NCBI RefSeq assembly: GCF_018350175.1
Contig: NC_058368.1
Span: forward strand, 44,580,001 to 44,644,000
Direction of reading: 5' to 3'
DNA from: Felis catus
Lineage: Eukaryota
DNA: 64,000 bases
Below are positions 37,531-50,065 of this stretch, piece after piece. The notes beneath the pieces are model-generated. The model was given only the letters and a program-made list of their open reading frames with translations, had not been told where the DNA came from and made no database searches. A program made the translations under genes and the position numbers. Each line of letters starts with the position of its first letter. Within the stretch, counting starts at the first letter, position 1.

Positions 37531-39353
37531 TTTATTTTCTGAATTTTATTAGAGAGCATGTATCATTTTATAGTTTTGTTGAGTTATGATGAAGGCATAA
37601 TTACACATATTTAAATTAAATAATTTTATAAACTTTCATATAAACAGCTTGGAATAATAACCCTAATCAAGAAAATGAGTACATCTGTCACCCACAGAAG
37701 ACTTTTTTGTGTCCTTTGTTATCTAACCCTGACTTTCCAATCCATGGGCATGCAAACATGAAGGTACTTTCTGTCATTATAGATTAATTATGTCCTCTTG
37801 ATGAATTAACCCTTTTATCATTGTGAAATGATTCTTTCATTCTGATAATATTCTTTTCTCTGGAATACACTTTGCCTGATATTAATATGTCCACTCCAGC
37901 AGTCTTCTCTTAACTAGTGTTAGCATGGTAGTATATATTATCTGTCCTTTTATTTTTAACTCATTTGTAGTTTTATATTTGAAGTTGGTTTCTTGTTAGT
38001 AGCATTTAGTTGAGTTTTACTTACTTTTTAAAAACCTTGTTAATTAATTAATTTAATTTCTTACTTTTAATTGGGATATGTAGACCCCAATTTCATTTGA
38101 TTATTGGTATGAATTATTTAAGTACACCATTTTGCTGTTAGTTTTGGCTTCTTTTATGTGTTCTTTGTTCCCCTTTTCCTTTTTTTCACTTTTGTTTTAG
38201 ATAAATAAGAAAAATTATTTTTGCTCACATATTTACCATTTTCAATCTATCTATTCTGTTGTTTGGATACAGATTTCCATTTGACATTCCACTTGATATC
38301 CTTCTGCTTGAAAGACTAATTTTATTTTTGTAATACTTCAGATCTATTGGTGATGAATATTTTAACTTGTGTATATATAAAGTAGACTTTATTTCATTTT
38401 TGTTCTTGAAAGATATTTTTACCATATATAGATTTTTAGGTTGATGGTATTTTTCTTATAATACTTTAATATTTTTCTACTGATGTCTGGCTTGCATTGT
38501 ATGGTTTCTGATGAGAAGTAATCATTCTTATTTTTGTTATTCTGTATATAAAATCTCTTTTTTGTTCCTGTGGCTTCTTTAAAAATGTATATTTAACACT
38601 GGTTATAAGAAATTGGATTACACCTTGGTATAGTTTTCTGCATGCTTTTGTTCTTGAGGTTCATTGAGTTCCTGGTCCTAGAGGTTTGAATTTTTTATCA
38701 TATTTGGAGAATGCTTGCCATTATTTCTTCAAATATTCTATTTTACTTCCTCTTCTGATTCAGAGATTAAATTATATGTCCATGTGCCTGTCTGAAGTTA
38801 TCTCATATATCATTTATCATCAGAATATTTTTTTTTTTTAGTTTTGTTTTTTCTGTCTGTGCTTCATGTGAATACTTTTTATTGCTATATTTCAAGTTCA
38901 GGTATTTCCTTCAATAGTGTCTAATCCCTTTGTTTTTTTTCCTCAGACACTTTTAGTTTCACCCCCAGTAGTTTGACTTGGGTCTTTTTTTTTTAAATAT
39001 GAACAGCAATACTTAAATATTCTTATGCTTTCCTCTCCCTTTTTGAAATGTGGAATATAGTTATAACAGGTTTAAGAACTGTTTTATCCTCTGTGTTATT
39101 CCTTGGTCTCTTTTCTTTGATTAATTTTCTCAGTATAGTTTATTTTTTCTTGATGTTTTTTACATGTCCAGTAACTGTTGATTGGATACCAGACATTATG
39201 AGTTTTACCTTTTTATGTGCTAAATGTCTTTGTAGTTCTTTAAATATCCTTGATGTTTACCCCATTGAGCATGTCCCTTATTTTTTCAAGACACATTCCA
39301 GAGATCCTGCACAACATAGTATGTTTGGTTAATAATATGGTATTATAAAGTTA

Positions 39354-39359
<6 letters not shown>

Positions 39360-39448
<89 letters not shown>

Positions 39449-39537
39449 TATGTGTATATATATATATATACACACACACTATGTGTATATATATACACTA
39501 TGTGTGTATATACATATATATATACACACACTATGTG

Positions 39538-39570
<33 letters not shown>
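39360..39570. repeat. (TA)n/(CA)n compound microsatellite
   Basis: Direct observation. Confidence 0.95.
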
Positions 39571-39576
<6 letters not shown>

Positions 39577-39752
39577 TTTTAAGTAGGCTTCACATCCAGC
39601 ACAGAGCCCAGTACATGGCTTGAACTCATGAACTCATGACCGTAAGATCAAGACATGAGCTAAGAACAAGAGTTGGATGCATAACCCAGGCATCGCTGTA
39701 CACTTAAAATATATTAAGAAGAGAGATCTCATTTAGGTGTTCTTTCAAAGCT

Positions 39753-39776
39753 AAAAAAGAAAAAAAGAGAGAGGGA

Positions 39777-39824
<48 letters not shown>

Positions 39825-39879
39825 GGGAAAGAAAGAAAGAAAGAAAGAAAGAGAAAGAAAGAAAGAAAGAAAGAGAAAG

Positions 39880-39921
<42 letters not shown>

Positions 39922-39988
39922 GGAGAAAAGAAAGAAGAAAAGGGAGGGAGGAAGGAAGGAAGGAAGGAAGGAAGGAAGGAAGGAAGGA
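39753..39988 (+). repeat. (GAAA)n/(GGAA)n pure purine tract
   Basis: ~235 nt containing only A and G. Confidence 0.97.
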
Positions 39989-40009
39989 ATCACAAAAGAA
40001 CACTGAGAT

Positions 40010-40236
40010 TTTTTAAAATATTTATTTATTTATTTTTACAGAGAGAGAGAGAACATGTGTGCTGGTGTGGACAAGAGGGAAAGGGGCAGAGAGAGAGGGT
40101 CAGAGAGAATCCTAAGCAGTATCCGCGCTGTCAATGCAGAGCCTGACCCAGGTCTCAATCTCACAAACTGTGAGATCGTGACCTGAGCTGAAATCAAGAG
40201 TTGGACACCTAACCAGCTAAGTCACCCAGGTGCTCT
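40010..40236 (-). mobile_element. Can-SINE
   Basis: Antisense SINE body; degenerate TSD ACTGAGATTTTT / ACTAAGAAATTTTT. Confidence 0.9.
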
Positions 40237-40787
40237 GACTAAGAAATTTTTAGAGGTGATAAATATATTAAGTATTTTGATTGTGGTGATGGTATCGTGG
40301 GTGTGTGCATATGTCCAAACTCATCAAAATATATACATTAAACATGTGCAGTTTTTTTATATATATCCAAAATAATTTTTATATAAAAATTGGATACAAA
40401 AAATATCCTTGACCTTTGTTCTGTGACAAAACTTCACTATTTGGAAGCAGTTTTACCCTTTATAAATGCACTTTTAAGCTTTATTAGGCAGGGCATTATT
40501 TTGTAGGAATTTTGACCCACCATCAAGACATTGTCCTTCTGAGTACTCTACTCAACAGCCCTTAAGCCCTATATTTTATTGATTTCTGTACTTTGGCTGG
40601 TGGAAACACAGATAATTCTTTACCCTAGATGAGCCTCAGGACAACTTGATCCTTTCTAGAGATTCTTTTACAAGTTTCTGGTTATTTTCTCATGCATATT
40701 CTCTGATTCTGCTTAATGTAAAGACTCAGTCAGATTTCTGTGAAAATCTCTGGCACTCTTTATTTCTTTGTAGAAGTCTCTCCTCTT

Positions 40788-40988
40788 GGGCACCTGGATG
40801 GCTAAGTCGGTTAAGTGTCCAACTTTGGCTCAGGTCATGATCTTGGGTTCATGAGTTTGAGCCCCGCTCAGACTTTCTCCTATCAGCATGGAACCCACTT
40901 CATGTGAATCTTATGTCTCTCTCTCTGCCTGCTCCCTTCTTGTGTGCTCTCTCTCTCTCTCTCTAAAATAAATAAACATTTAAAAAAA
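40788..40988 (+). mobile_element. Can-SINE
   Basis: GGGCACCTGG head, CT tract, AATAAATAAACATT tail. Confidence 0.9.
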
Positions 40989-41299
40989 AGAACTCTACTC
41001 TCTGGAGCTCTTCCCTGTAAGTTCTAGCTTCTACGATAGTCAAGGGACTACAGGCTGGCTCTGTTCACATTTCCTTTTTTTTGTTTTGCAGACTGGAATC
41101 TCTCCCACTTCAGGAATTATTGTCCACTGTTGCCTTTTGTCTAATGTCTGAAAACCACTATTTCATATACTTTCTAGTTCTTTGTTTGCTTAAGAGAGTA
41201 AACCTCTTGCTACCTCTTTATGGCTGAAGGCAGAAGTTAGTACACATTATTTTTATATTTAGAGAAAATGTAAACTCATTCCCTTTGAAAATGATATGA

Positions 41300-41870
41300 T
41301 TGAAAATCCTTAGTTTAGTGTTTTCTTTCTGAAATATATGCCTCGGAGATTACAGGTAGTCTTCCCAGAAATGCAATTCAGTTAGTCTCCCAGAATTGCA
41401 GTTCAGTGACTGCTGTCCATTTCTTTTGATTTAGAGAGGATGATTAATTTCAACCCAAGGACTCATAATGTATTTCCAGAAAATGTAGAGTTCAGACCAT
41501 AATAAAGAATACTTTAACTTTTATATGCTAAATATGGATATGGTGTGGATGACTGTGGTGAATATATTTGTCAAAAAATTCCTAAAATATTTAAAAGACT
41601 TTTCTATTTATTTTAATTGAATATGATTGGGTAAAATAATAGGTCAACATGTAGATAAATCTATACTATTAAACTGATGTGTACTTTTTTAAAAAATAAA
41701 AATGGAAGAAGTTAACATGCGTGAAAAAGTACTGGTGGACTTTAATGCCTATATATCAATGACAGATAATGAAGTATGTAAAAAAAAAAGTACAAAAAGT
41801 TGAAATCGGCAAATTCATTATATATTTGATCTACATTCTGTGATCATAATCACTGAAAGCTATGTACTTA
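41300..41870 (+). pseudogene. Candidate viral L polymerase relic, continuation upstream of motif A
   Basis: In order: KEYF/YAKYG (41504-41538), IEYDWV (41616-41633), VDKSI (41651-41665), REKVLVDF (41720-41743), IMKYVKKKVQKVEIGKF (41766-41816), FDLHSVIIITE (41825-41857); parallels Mononegavirales L ...EF..Y..K...WP / D...SDKAI / KERELK..GRFF / LR.Y.VITE. Confidence 0.62.
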
Positions 41871-42619
41871 TTCAATTAAATTTAGGGTGCAAGGACAGAT
41901 GGGGTTGCAGTGCTTGCTAATCTTGGCAGAGGAGACCTCTGGAAAAAAATTGGCCAAGAAATTAAAGAAAATGTTAATACAAGGAAGAATATGGTGGTTT
42001 GTTTCCAAGACTCTGCCGGAAGTTATTTCTCATAGTTGTCTGAAATATAACTGACACTTTCCCTTTTTGCAAGTTTTTAGAGCTTTTTGAAATACAGTTA
42101 ACCCAGAACTAAAAAGTGAGAAGTTGTCTTAAATAAATATCACACATTTGTGACTCTAGTGTCTGTGTACTTTAGGGTCAAAGTTGCTATGTCAAAGAGA
42201 CCTTGAAATACAGTGGTTTATACAACGTAAAGATTATTGTCTTTCATTAGAATTTTGAAATAAGTGTTTCATCTTTGTACCTCAGAGACCTAAATGTCAT
42301 CCGGACAATTACCTCACAGTTCCTTGTAATGCTACTGTCTTTATGTTCAAATTCATGCCTGGTTTCCAATCATTGGGGAGAAGAAAGATTGCTTCCAGGA
42401 AGCATGTTTCATGTCTTAAGTCCTAGATGTGTAATTAGCATACATTACTTCTGCTTGTGGTCCAGTGATCAGAACTTAACTAAGTTAAGATGAGAAGGCT
42501 TAAAAATATCTAGTCAAATAACATTGTGCAATCGAAAATTGTATTATAATGGAAAAAGAAGGGAAGAAATTGTGTTACATGATTAGCAGTCTCTACCATA
42601 ATTCTCTGTCACTAACTTC

Positions 42620-43590
42620 CATATTTATATTTCTAGTTGTGAATTCGCTTTTCATTGATCCGTTATTTTATTCAAACTTTCGATTCAATATCTCCACTAT
42701 TATGTTTATAAATATATAAAGATCATGATGCCCACTTAATTTGCATCCTGCTATACTCACTGACTTGCCTATCTCTACTGATGAAAAACTCCATCCCCAC
42801 CACCACCCACCCCCATACTCAGAAGCCATTTTTTACCTAACTCACCATGATCCAACAAGAAATACTTGTGGAAACAGAAACCACACTAGGTCTTTTAAAT
42901 AGTTATTTTTATTTTTTTAAATATTTTCTTACATAATATTGAAAGTAACCACAGAGATCTTTGAAATGTTGGCCAGATCATATCAGTTCTGTGCCAGAAA
43001 CCTGAATTGTCTCCCAATTTTACACAAAGAAAAGCCAGAGTCCTTATATATCCTAAAGGTACCTTCAGAGTCAGCTCTCCATCACTGCAATTATTTATTT
43101 ATTATTTATTTTCTTCACCTCACTTTGCTGCAACCATATTTATATTCTTGCTTCCCCTTTAGCTGTTTTTCTAACACTCCCATTCCTCTCTCACTTTACA
43201 GTTTGGGCATTGGCTATCTGCATAATAAAGAATGCTCTTAACCTAGACAAATGAACATCTTTTTCAAATTTCACCTTTCTGATGATATCTAAATCCCAAT
43301 TTTAAATTCTAATTTGATCTCATATTACATCTATCATTTTCTGTAAACATTCTCATTCCTCTTAACCCTGTTTTACCACCTGGTTTATTTCATATAATTT
43401 ATGACATAAAATTCAGTTACTTACCATATGTATTATTTATTGTCTATTCCAATTTATTGACTATGACTAAAATGTAAGCCACATGTAGGCAAGAAACTTT
43501 GTCTCTATTGTTCACTAATGTATCCTAGTACCAAGAACAATGTTGTGTAATGATGCTCAATAAATATTTATTGAAGTGAAAAGTAAATAA
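42620..43590 (+). mobile_element. L2 fragments
   Basis: 3' end TGTAAGCCACATGTAGGCAAG...TTGTTCACTAATGTATCC...GCTCAATAAATATTTATTGAA. Confidence 0.75.
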
Positions 43591-44940
43591 TTGAATTTCC
43601 TGTATAGAAATTCTCATACGTATTTTAAAATTACTTTAAAGGATTGTTTCCTTTTGCCTTTCTAATACAATCCTTAGATCCACAATCCTTAGATTTTAAA
43701 TCTGAATTTCAGTGAAAAACACACATCCACATTACCTTCATTAACAATAGAATTTGTCCTTGATATAATATACTCAGAACTGTTTGTATTTTCATATTAT
43801 TTTGTGAACAGCTTATAGAAATAATGGAAATTTTAATATCTGAAGTTTTCTAAAGAATCTTTATGGAGTGCATTCTAGAAAGGGGATATTTTTCTTTTAA
43901 AAATCCATAGCTGTGGGAGAAAAATCAATTTTCATTAATAACTACATAAGTAGGAATCCATTTCATTTTGTATGTCAATTTTTAATCATAACATTCTAGT
44001 GGCAGAACTTAAATCACCCAAAAACATTAAGTTTCTTAATGAAAATGGAAATATCTCTAAGGATATTTTCGAGTATCTTTCATTCATCCAACAATCCTTC
44101 AGCAAACATTTATTGAGCTAGTTTAATACTAGTTACTAGCCTAACCCATGAGGACATATCACGTTTAATAAATGGATCCTCTTGGAAAAAGAATTAGATA
44201 ATGGCATTATTGAAGACTATTTTACAGGAATTCAAACTGATTGGATATGAATGGTACAGGAGGGTAGCTTCCTCTCCTCAACTATAAAGATCTGGAGCTC
44301 TTCACCAAACGCAGATATCAAGGGTAAAGCAGGTTTCAGAGAAATTACAAAGTTTGGTTTGGGGGGTGTTAATCTTGTGTTTCATCTGAGACATCCAGGT
44401 AGATGATTTGGAATGGAAATATAGGTTCAGAGCAAGAGTTCTGGATAGAAACATAATGTTGAAGCTATTATCATACCAGGAGGAAATGCAATGATACATG
44501 CAAGAAAGAATCTATAGAGAGAGGATAGCCACTGAGTCTTAAGGAGCAGTTATATTTAACTACAAAGAGAAGTAAAAAACAGTAAAGGAGAGCAATCCAT
44601 CATGATCAAAGAGTAGGAGTAGAATGAGGAAATACACACATTCCCTTTAGTTCATTGAAGGTAAGTGCTGTTTGTGTATCTATGAAATATGGTGCTTGGA
44701 AAAAAGAAAGGATGCAATAAATTATTTTTTAATTAAATTTTTTCTACTTTATGTGGTTATGTGTTAAGTATCTTTTAGTAACATTGGACTTATTTTTTTT
44801 TCAAATTTTGACAAAGGTGATATTTATGTGGATTTTTAATTCTCCCTTGTGATATATTTTAATAAATAAAATGCCACAGTCAAAAGGTATAAACAATTTT
44901 AAGATTGTTGATACATATTTTTAAAAATATTTCCAAAAAC

Positions 44941-45129
44941 GTGGCTCCTGGGTGGCTCAGTCAATTAAGTGTCCAACTCTTAATTTTGCCTCAGCCCTGA
45001 ATTGGCCTCTGCACTGACAGCGCTGAACCTGCCTAGGATTCTTTCTCTCCCCCTCTCTCTGCCCTCCCCCACTTGCATTTTCTCCATCTTTCTGTCTCTC
45101 AAAATAAATAGATAAACTTAAAAAAAAAG
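44941..45129 (+). mobile_element. Can-SINE with internal deletion
   Basis: TSD ATTTCCAAAAA on both sides. Confidence 0.88.
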
Positions 45130-46223
45130 ATTTCCAAAAATGCTTCACCAATTTATATCTTCACTGTCTTTTAATACAGAAGGGCATTACAAACATTGAT
45201 TATTATCTTTGTGTTTGTTTTTAATTTCACTAATTTGGTAGGGGGGTTGTAAGTTAATTCTTATTACTCCTGTTATTGTAATTTAATTTCTTGGACTTCT
45301 GAAGGTGCTAGAACATTTTTTTCCAATATACTATCTATTAGCATTTTCATGTCCTTTGATTTAGGGAATATTCCTACCATGAAAAAGATTAAAGTATGTA
45401 ATATAGCTTTCATATTAAGAAAATGTTCAGCTAGATTTTTAGTTGAATAAATTGTTAGTTTCTCTATAGTAAACACTGTTGTGAAAAAATAAAATCTCTT
45501 GCATAAATATTTTGAAACTGTAAGAGTAAAAACAGAAGTCCCTGATACATTTTAATATTTCTGCGTGTTACGCATTTATATTCTGTGAGAATAGAATTAA
45601 TCCATTTCTTTATATATGTACATATATAAATACATATGTATATACAATTCTTTACATGTATATACATGTATATAGAATTCTTTAGAGTGGTTCAACAAGC
45701 ATCTACTGTGATATACCAGTGATGTTTCCTTGTTTATCATCCTTCCCAAATGTGAATTACTAATGTAAATAGTGCAACGTCAAATGTAACCAGAAAATCC
45801 AGTTGAAATTAAATCTACTTAATCATTTGTACTGAAAGATTTAATAATGTTCAATGGCTTTACATTTTGCCTCATTCTTCCACTATGCTGCATCAGACAT
45901 ATTTTCCGAATATATTATGTATCATTGGTTCTGTGTGCCAGAGACCAGTGATTTCTTCATGGTGTACTGAACCTAATTCACTTACAATGTGTTTTCCATT
46001 CCATTAATTTTGGTTTTTTTAAATAAGGATTTATTCCCATGTCAATATTATCTATGTAGTATTTCTTCTTTGAATTGGAATATTCAATAAAGAATGGTCA
46101 CAAATATTACATCACATATGTTCTGGTACAATACCTAGCTATATTTAAAAATTAAGCCAAAATAAATCAAAATAAATTAATAAATTAAATTAATAAATTT
46201 TAAATGATATTACCAGTTGTTTT

Positions 46224-46432
46224 GAAAATTTTTTTAATGTTTTTCATTACTTTTGAGAGAGAGAGAGCACAAGCAGGGGAGGGGCAGAGAGAGGAAGACA
46301 CAGAATTTGAAGCAGGCTTCAGGCTCTGAGCTGTCAGCACAGAGCCCATTGCCAGGCTCAAACTCACGGACTGTGAAATCATGACCTGAGCCGAACTCGG
46401 ATGCTTAACCAACTGAGCCACCTAGGCATCTC
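46224..46432 (-). mobile_element. Can-SINE
   Basis: Antisense body; TSD CAGTTGTTTT. Confidence 0.93.
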
Positions 46433-46463
46433 TAACAGTTGTTTTAATACAAATATATTGTTT

Positions 46464-46679
46464 GAGGGACACCTGGGTGGCTCAGTCAGTTAAGCGTCCA
46501 ACTTCGGCTCAGGTCATGACCTAGCAGTCCAGTCCATGGGTTCGAGCCCCATGTCAGGCTCTGTGCTGACAGCTTAGCACCTAAAGCCTGCTTCAGATTC
46601 TGTGTTTCCCTTTCTCTCTGCCCCTCCCCTGCTCACACTGTCTCTCTCTCAAACATAAATAAACATTAAATTCTTTTTT
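46464..46679 (+). mobile_element. Can-SINE
   Basis: 18-bp TSD AATACAAATATATTGTTT (46446-46463, 46680-46697). Confidence 0.95.
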
Positions 46680-46849
46680 AATACAAATATATTGTTTTTT
46701 TCTTTCTTTCTTTGTTGTTGTTGTTTTGATTTTTTGCTTTGCCAAGTCATATTCCCCTCTAGGAAGGGCTCACTCAGTGAATCTAAATTCAAGCAATAAA
46801 AAATGTACTGTCTACATTTATAGTATATAATATATATGTATGAATGTAG

Positions 46850-46884
<35 letters not shown>
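46850..46884. repeat. (GT)n microsatellite
   Basis: Direct observation. Confidence 0.95.
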
Positions 46885-46890
<6 letters not shown>

Positions 46891-47714
46891 GCTAGATTAA
46901 CCAATAGACAGATTTTCTTTTTTACTGCAAGCTTACTTTTTGTAATTCTGCTCACACTCCTGATTCATGATTTGACTCTGACCAATTTCTTTGTCATGTT
47001 TTACAATAAGTATTGGTAAAATAGTTATAACAAAACTATAATTTAATTTTCAACTCTGTAATCTAACTATAAGACAAACATCTTTGACAATTTATCTACT
47101 AATATCTGTCTTTGGTGATTCAAAGGATCAAAAGTACAGATAGTAGTAACATATGTATGTCAGGAGGGGTGGTACCTTCTCTTTTTCTCACCACTGTAAT
47201 TTTAGCGTGCATTGCAGTACCAAGCATAATAAACATTTATCAGTAAGCAAAATGAATTATTGTTCTCTGAATTGATGTGTTATAATGAGAAATTTAACAT
47301 TAAGAGAAAGAGAAGAAAGAAAGCGTACCTAATTATCCAAGGCATCCCATATTTCTGTGTCTTATGTTCTTTTCTCTCCATCCTTTTAGCCTCATCTGTG
47401 TCACCAAATTTCGAGGATGCCAGTAGAAGTGCGCTATTATAAGTATTATGTTGAACAGTCTTAAATTTATTTTAATGGAAAGAAATAATTTTTCATAACA
47501 GTTAATCTTTTTATTTTCAAGATGGTCATCTTGGGAACCTCATCCTAATGCATGTAACGTATCATTCTTATTGTGGATGTATTATACATACCCTAGGGAC
47601 CCTTTTACACTATCATAGGCAATATCCCTTTTCAGCCAAACTCTGACATGCTCTACAATTCATCCACAAACCTCATAGGAAACAATGTCTAACTCAAGCT
47701 GAAATCATCGAACT

Positions 47715-47716
<2 letters not shown>

Positions 47717-47760
<44 letters not shown>
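47717..47760 (+). repeat. Uninterrupted poly(A), 44 nt
   Basis: Direct observation. Confidence 0.97.
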
Positions 47761-47762
<2 letters not shown>

Positions 47763-48382
47763 AGCGTTCCTTTCTCCAGCATATTATTCTTCAACCAGGA
47801 AAATTCCTGGTAGGTATTTATTTATTAATGCCATTCTCATTGTTGGTTTAGAGCACTTATAAAAGTAGAGCAGCTGTAGGATCTATATTGTATCAATAAT
47901 TGATAGTGCTGTATGGACAGTGAAAGATTTTTGTCTGCAGATAGAAGCACCTGGGGAAAAGAAGCTCTGGATCAAAGCAGGCTCATTCAGATCTCTAACA
48001 AGGTGGTTACTAAAAGGGAGATGAGAAACTGGGGAAAGGCTGATCTTACCTAAGCAGGTTTAAAAAACGATAGTTGCATTCCAATCAGAGATTGTCAACT
48101 TCTAAATGATACCCTTAGAATATAGCTCTTATGTAGCTAAAAAAAAAATAGGACTAATTACCTCTGTATTTCAAAAATAAATTATTGTTGCATGATATGT
48201 TATGATGTAAGTTTGTCACAATTCATCCAGTTTCAAATTCTCTCAACTTTATAGGTGTTGACTTCCTTCTAGATTGTGTTTTGCTGTTATCCAATGCTGC
48301 AGTAAACAATTCTGTACATATCTACTCGTGAACATGAACACGTTTCTTTTCCTATGTATACACATAAGAATACAATTGTAGG

Positions 48383-48425
<43 letters not shown>

Positions 48426-48563
48426 TAATTTTATAAGACAACGTATACAAGAACTAAAGGGAAAATGTGGCTAACTCATAGAAATATAATACTGTGTGAA
48501 GAAAAATTGCAGAATAATACACAAAAGCATTGTGTTAAATGCTTTACAAAAAAACAAAACAGA

Positions 48564-48785
48564 GGGGCGCCTGGGTGGCTCAGTCGGTTAAGCGGCCAAC
48601 TTCGGCTCAGGTCATGATCTCGCAGTCCGTGAGTTCAAGCCCCGCGTCGGGCTCTGTGCTGACAGCTCGGAGCCTGAAGCCTGCTTCAGATTCTGTGTCT
48701 CCCTCTCTCTCTGACCCTCCCCTGCTCATGCTCTGTCTCTCTCTGTCTCAAAAATAAATAAATGTTAAAAAAAAACAAAAAAAAC
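48564..48785 (+). mobile_element. Young Can-SINE (SINEC_Fc-like)
   Basis: Near-consensus with CpGs retained (GGGGCGCCTGGGTGGCTCAGTCGGTTAAGCG, CCCCGCGTCGGGCTC). Confidence 0.97.
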
Positions 48786-49589
48786 AGGGAAGTATATTAT
48801 TTATAATACATACATGACTTTAACCTATTTTAAAAAGCTTAGGAAGTGTAAAAAAATTTCTATTAGTGGTGACATAGAGACAGAAAGAAGAAATGGAGAA
48901 GATTGCACAGTAAAGATATTGGCAGGCTTCTAGCTGTTAGATTAGGCGGTTGGATCAGGAGTATTTCTTTTATTATGTTTTGTATCAAGCATGTTATATG
49001 TACAAATACATACATTATTTAAAAATTAAATAAATTATTATCATTTATCAATTTTTTTCTTAAACAACACAAATAATTTTATTTCACTGTCGGTGTATTG
49101 CGGACACCTATAAATGGCCAGAGAAGCTGATTAGATGTATCTCTAAAATAACATTAATATTAATGCATATGAAATGTCAATTTAATAAAACATGAAGAGC
49201 TGTAATGACCACAGGAGAATTTAGTTGATAATGATTTATAGAAAGTATCTTGTTGCCATTTATTTTTTGAACAATGGAAGATTTGTTTTGATTATGGAAA
49301 GAAACACAGCATAAAGCCCTGTTAACAACTGCTTTCTTTGTGGGTCCAGAGGACGTAGAAGAGAATACTCAAAAAGGAAGATTTGTAAAGTTCTCCTCCC
49401 CTGTAAGATCGATTGTGCCAAACACAGAGCCATGGAGAATGCCATAAGATAAACCCTAAGAATCTAACTAGACACCAGTTTACTAGATGAGGTGGCTAGC
49501 AAGTAGGAATAGGAATGCTGGACAAGAAGTTCCAACGAAATCTTTAAGGGAGTATCCTAGAGTGTGTTTACTTTTTGTAGTAGTGATTT

Positions 49590-49783
49590 TTTTTTTTTGA
49601 GAGACAGAGACAGACAGAGAGAGAGAGTATGTGTGCAGAAGAGAGGGGCAAAGGGAAAGATAGAAAGAATCTTAAGTAGGCTTGCAGAGCCCAACACGGG
49701 ACTCAATCCCACAACCCTAGGATCATGACCTGAGCTGAAATCAAGAGTTAGATGCTCAATCGACTGAGCCACCCAGGCACCCC
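49590..49783 (-). mobile_element. Can-SINE
   Basis: 14-bp TSD TGTAGTAGTGATTT (49576-49589, 49784-49797). Confidence 0.95.
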
Positions 49784-50065
49784 TGTAGTAGTGATTTCTA
49801 AATACTAAAAAATTTATATGATGCAATACTTACATAATACTTTTTATTGTATACAGATTTCACTGTATAAAACCAATGTTTACTATCTCAGTAAGTTTTG
49901 AATACTTCATGTACTACATACATCTTTGAGAGTTTCTTCTACTCTTGAGCTATAAATGAAATAATTAACTACGTATTGATCTGGATCCTACAGTCTTTAT
50001 TTTGTACGTTAAGTATTCATCAAGCTAATTCTTTTGTAGTTCTTTTATATTATAAAAAATTTTTA

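Larger units (their letters stand above)
37530..41240 (-). mobile_element. Old L1 (L1M-type) antisense fragments with nested SINEs and microsatellites
   Basis: CCTTTTATCATTGTGAAATG, GATATTAATATGTCCACTCCAGC, GTTTCTGATGAGAAGT, CCATTATTTCTTCAAATA are typical antisense L1 motifs. Confidence 0.78.

Noticed and set aside
39704..40003. F/L/S-rich and Y/I/M-rich ORFs (also 6902-7300, 8305-8604, 55732-56066)
   Set aside because: Produced by microsatellites and low-complexity DNA
41886..42035. LGRGD-containing frame as further L polymerase sequence (motif C or methyltransferase)
   Set aside because: Does not match the GDN or GxGxG context, and the expected motifs A and B are absent
48564..48640. tRNA-like A/B boxes
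   Set aside because: tRNA-derived SINE head, not a tRNA gene
48539..48757. Recurrent ORFs of the type AQSV...AQVMIS...SVLTAQSLEPASDSVS (also 3843, 25399, 46200, 57971, 59580, 61159)
   Set aside because: Translations of Can-SINE copies, not genes
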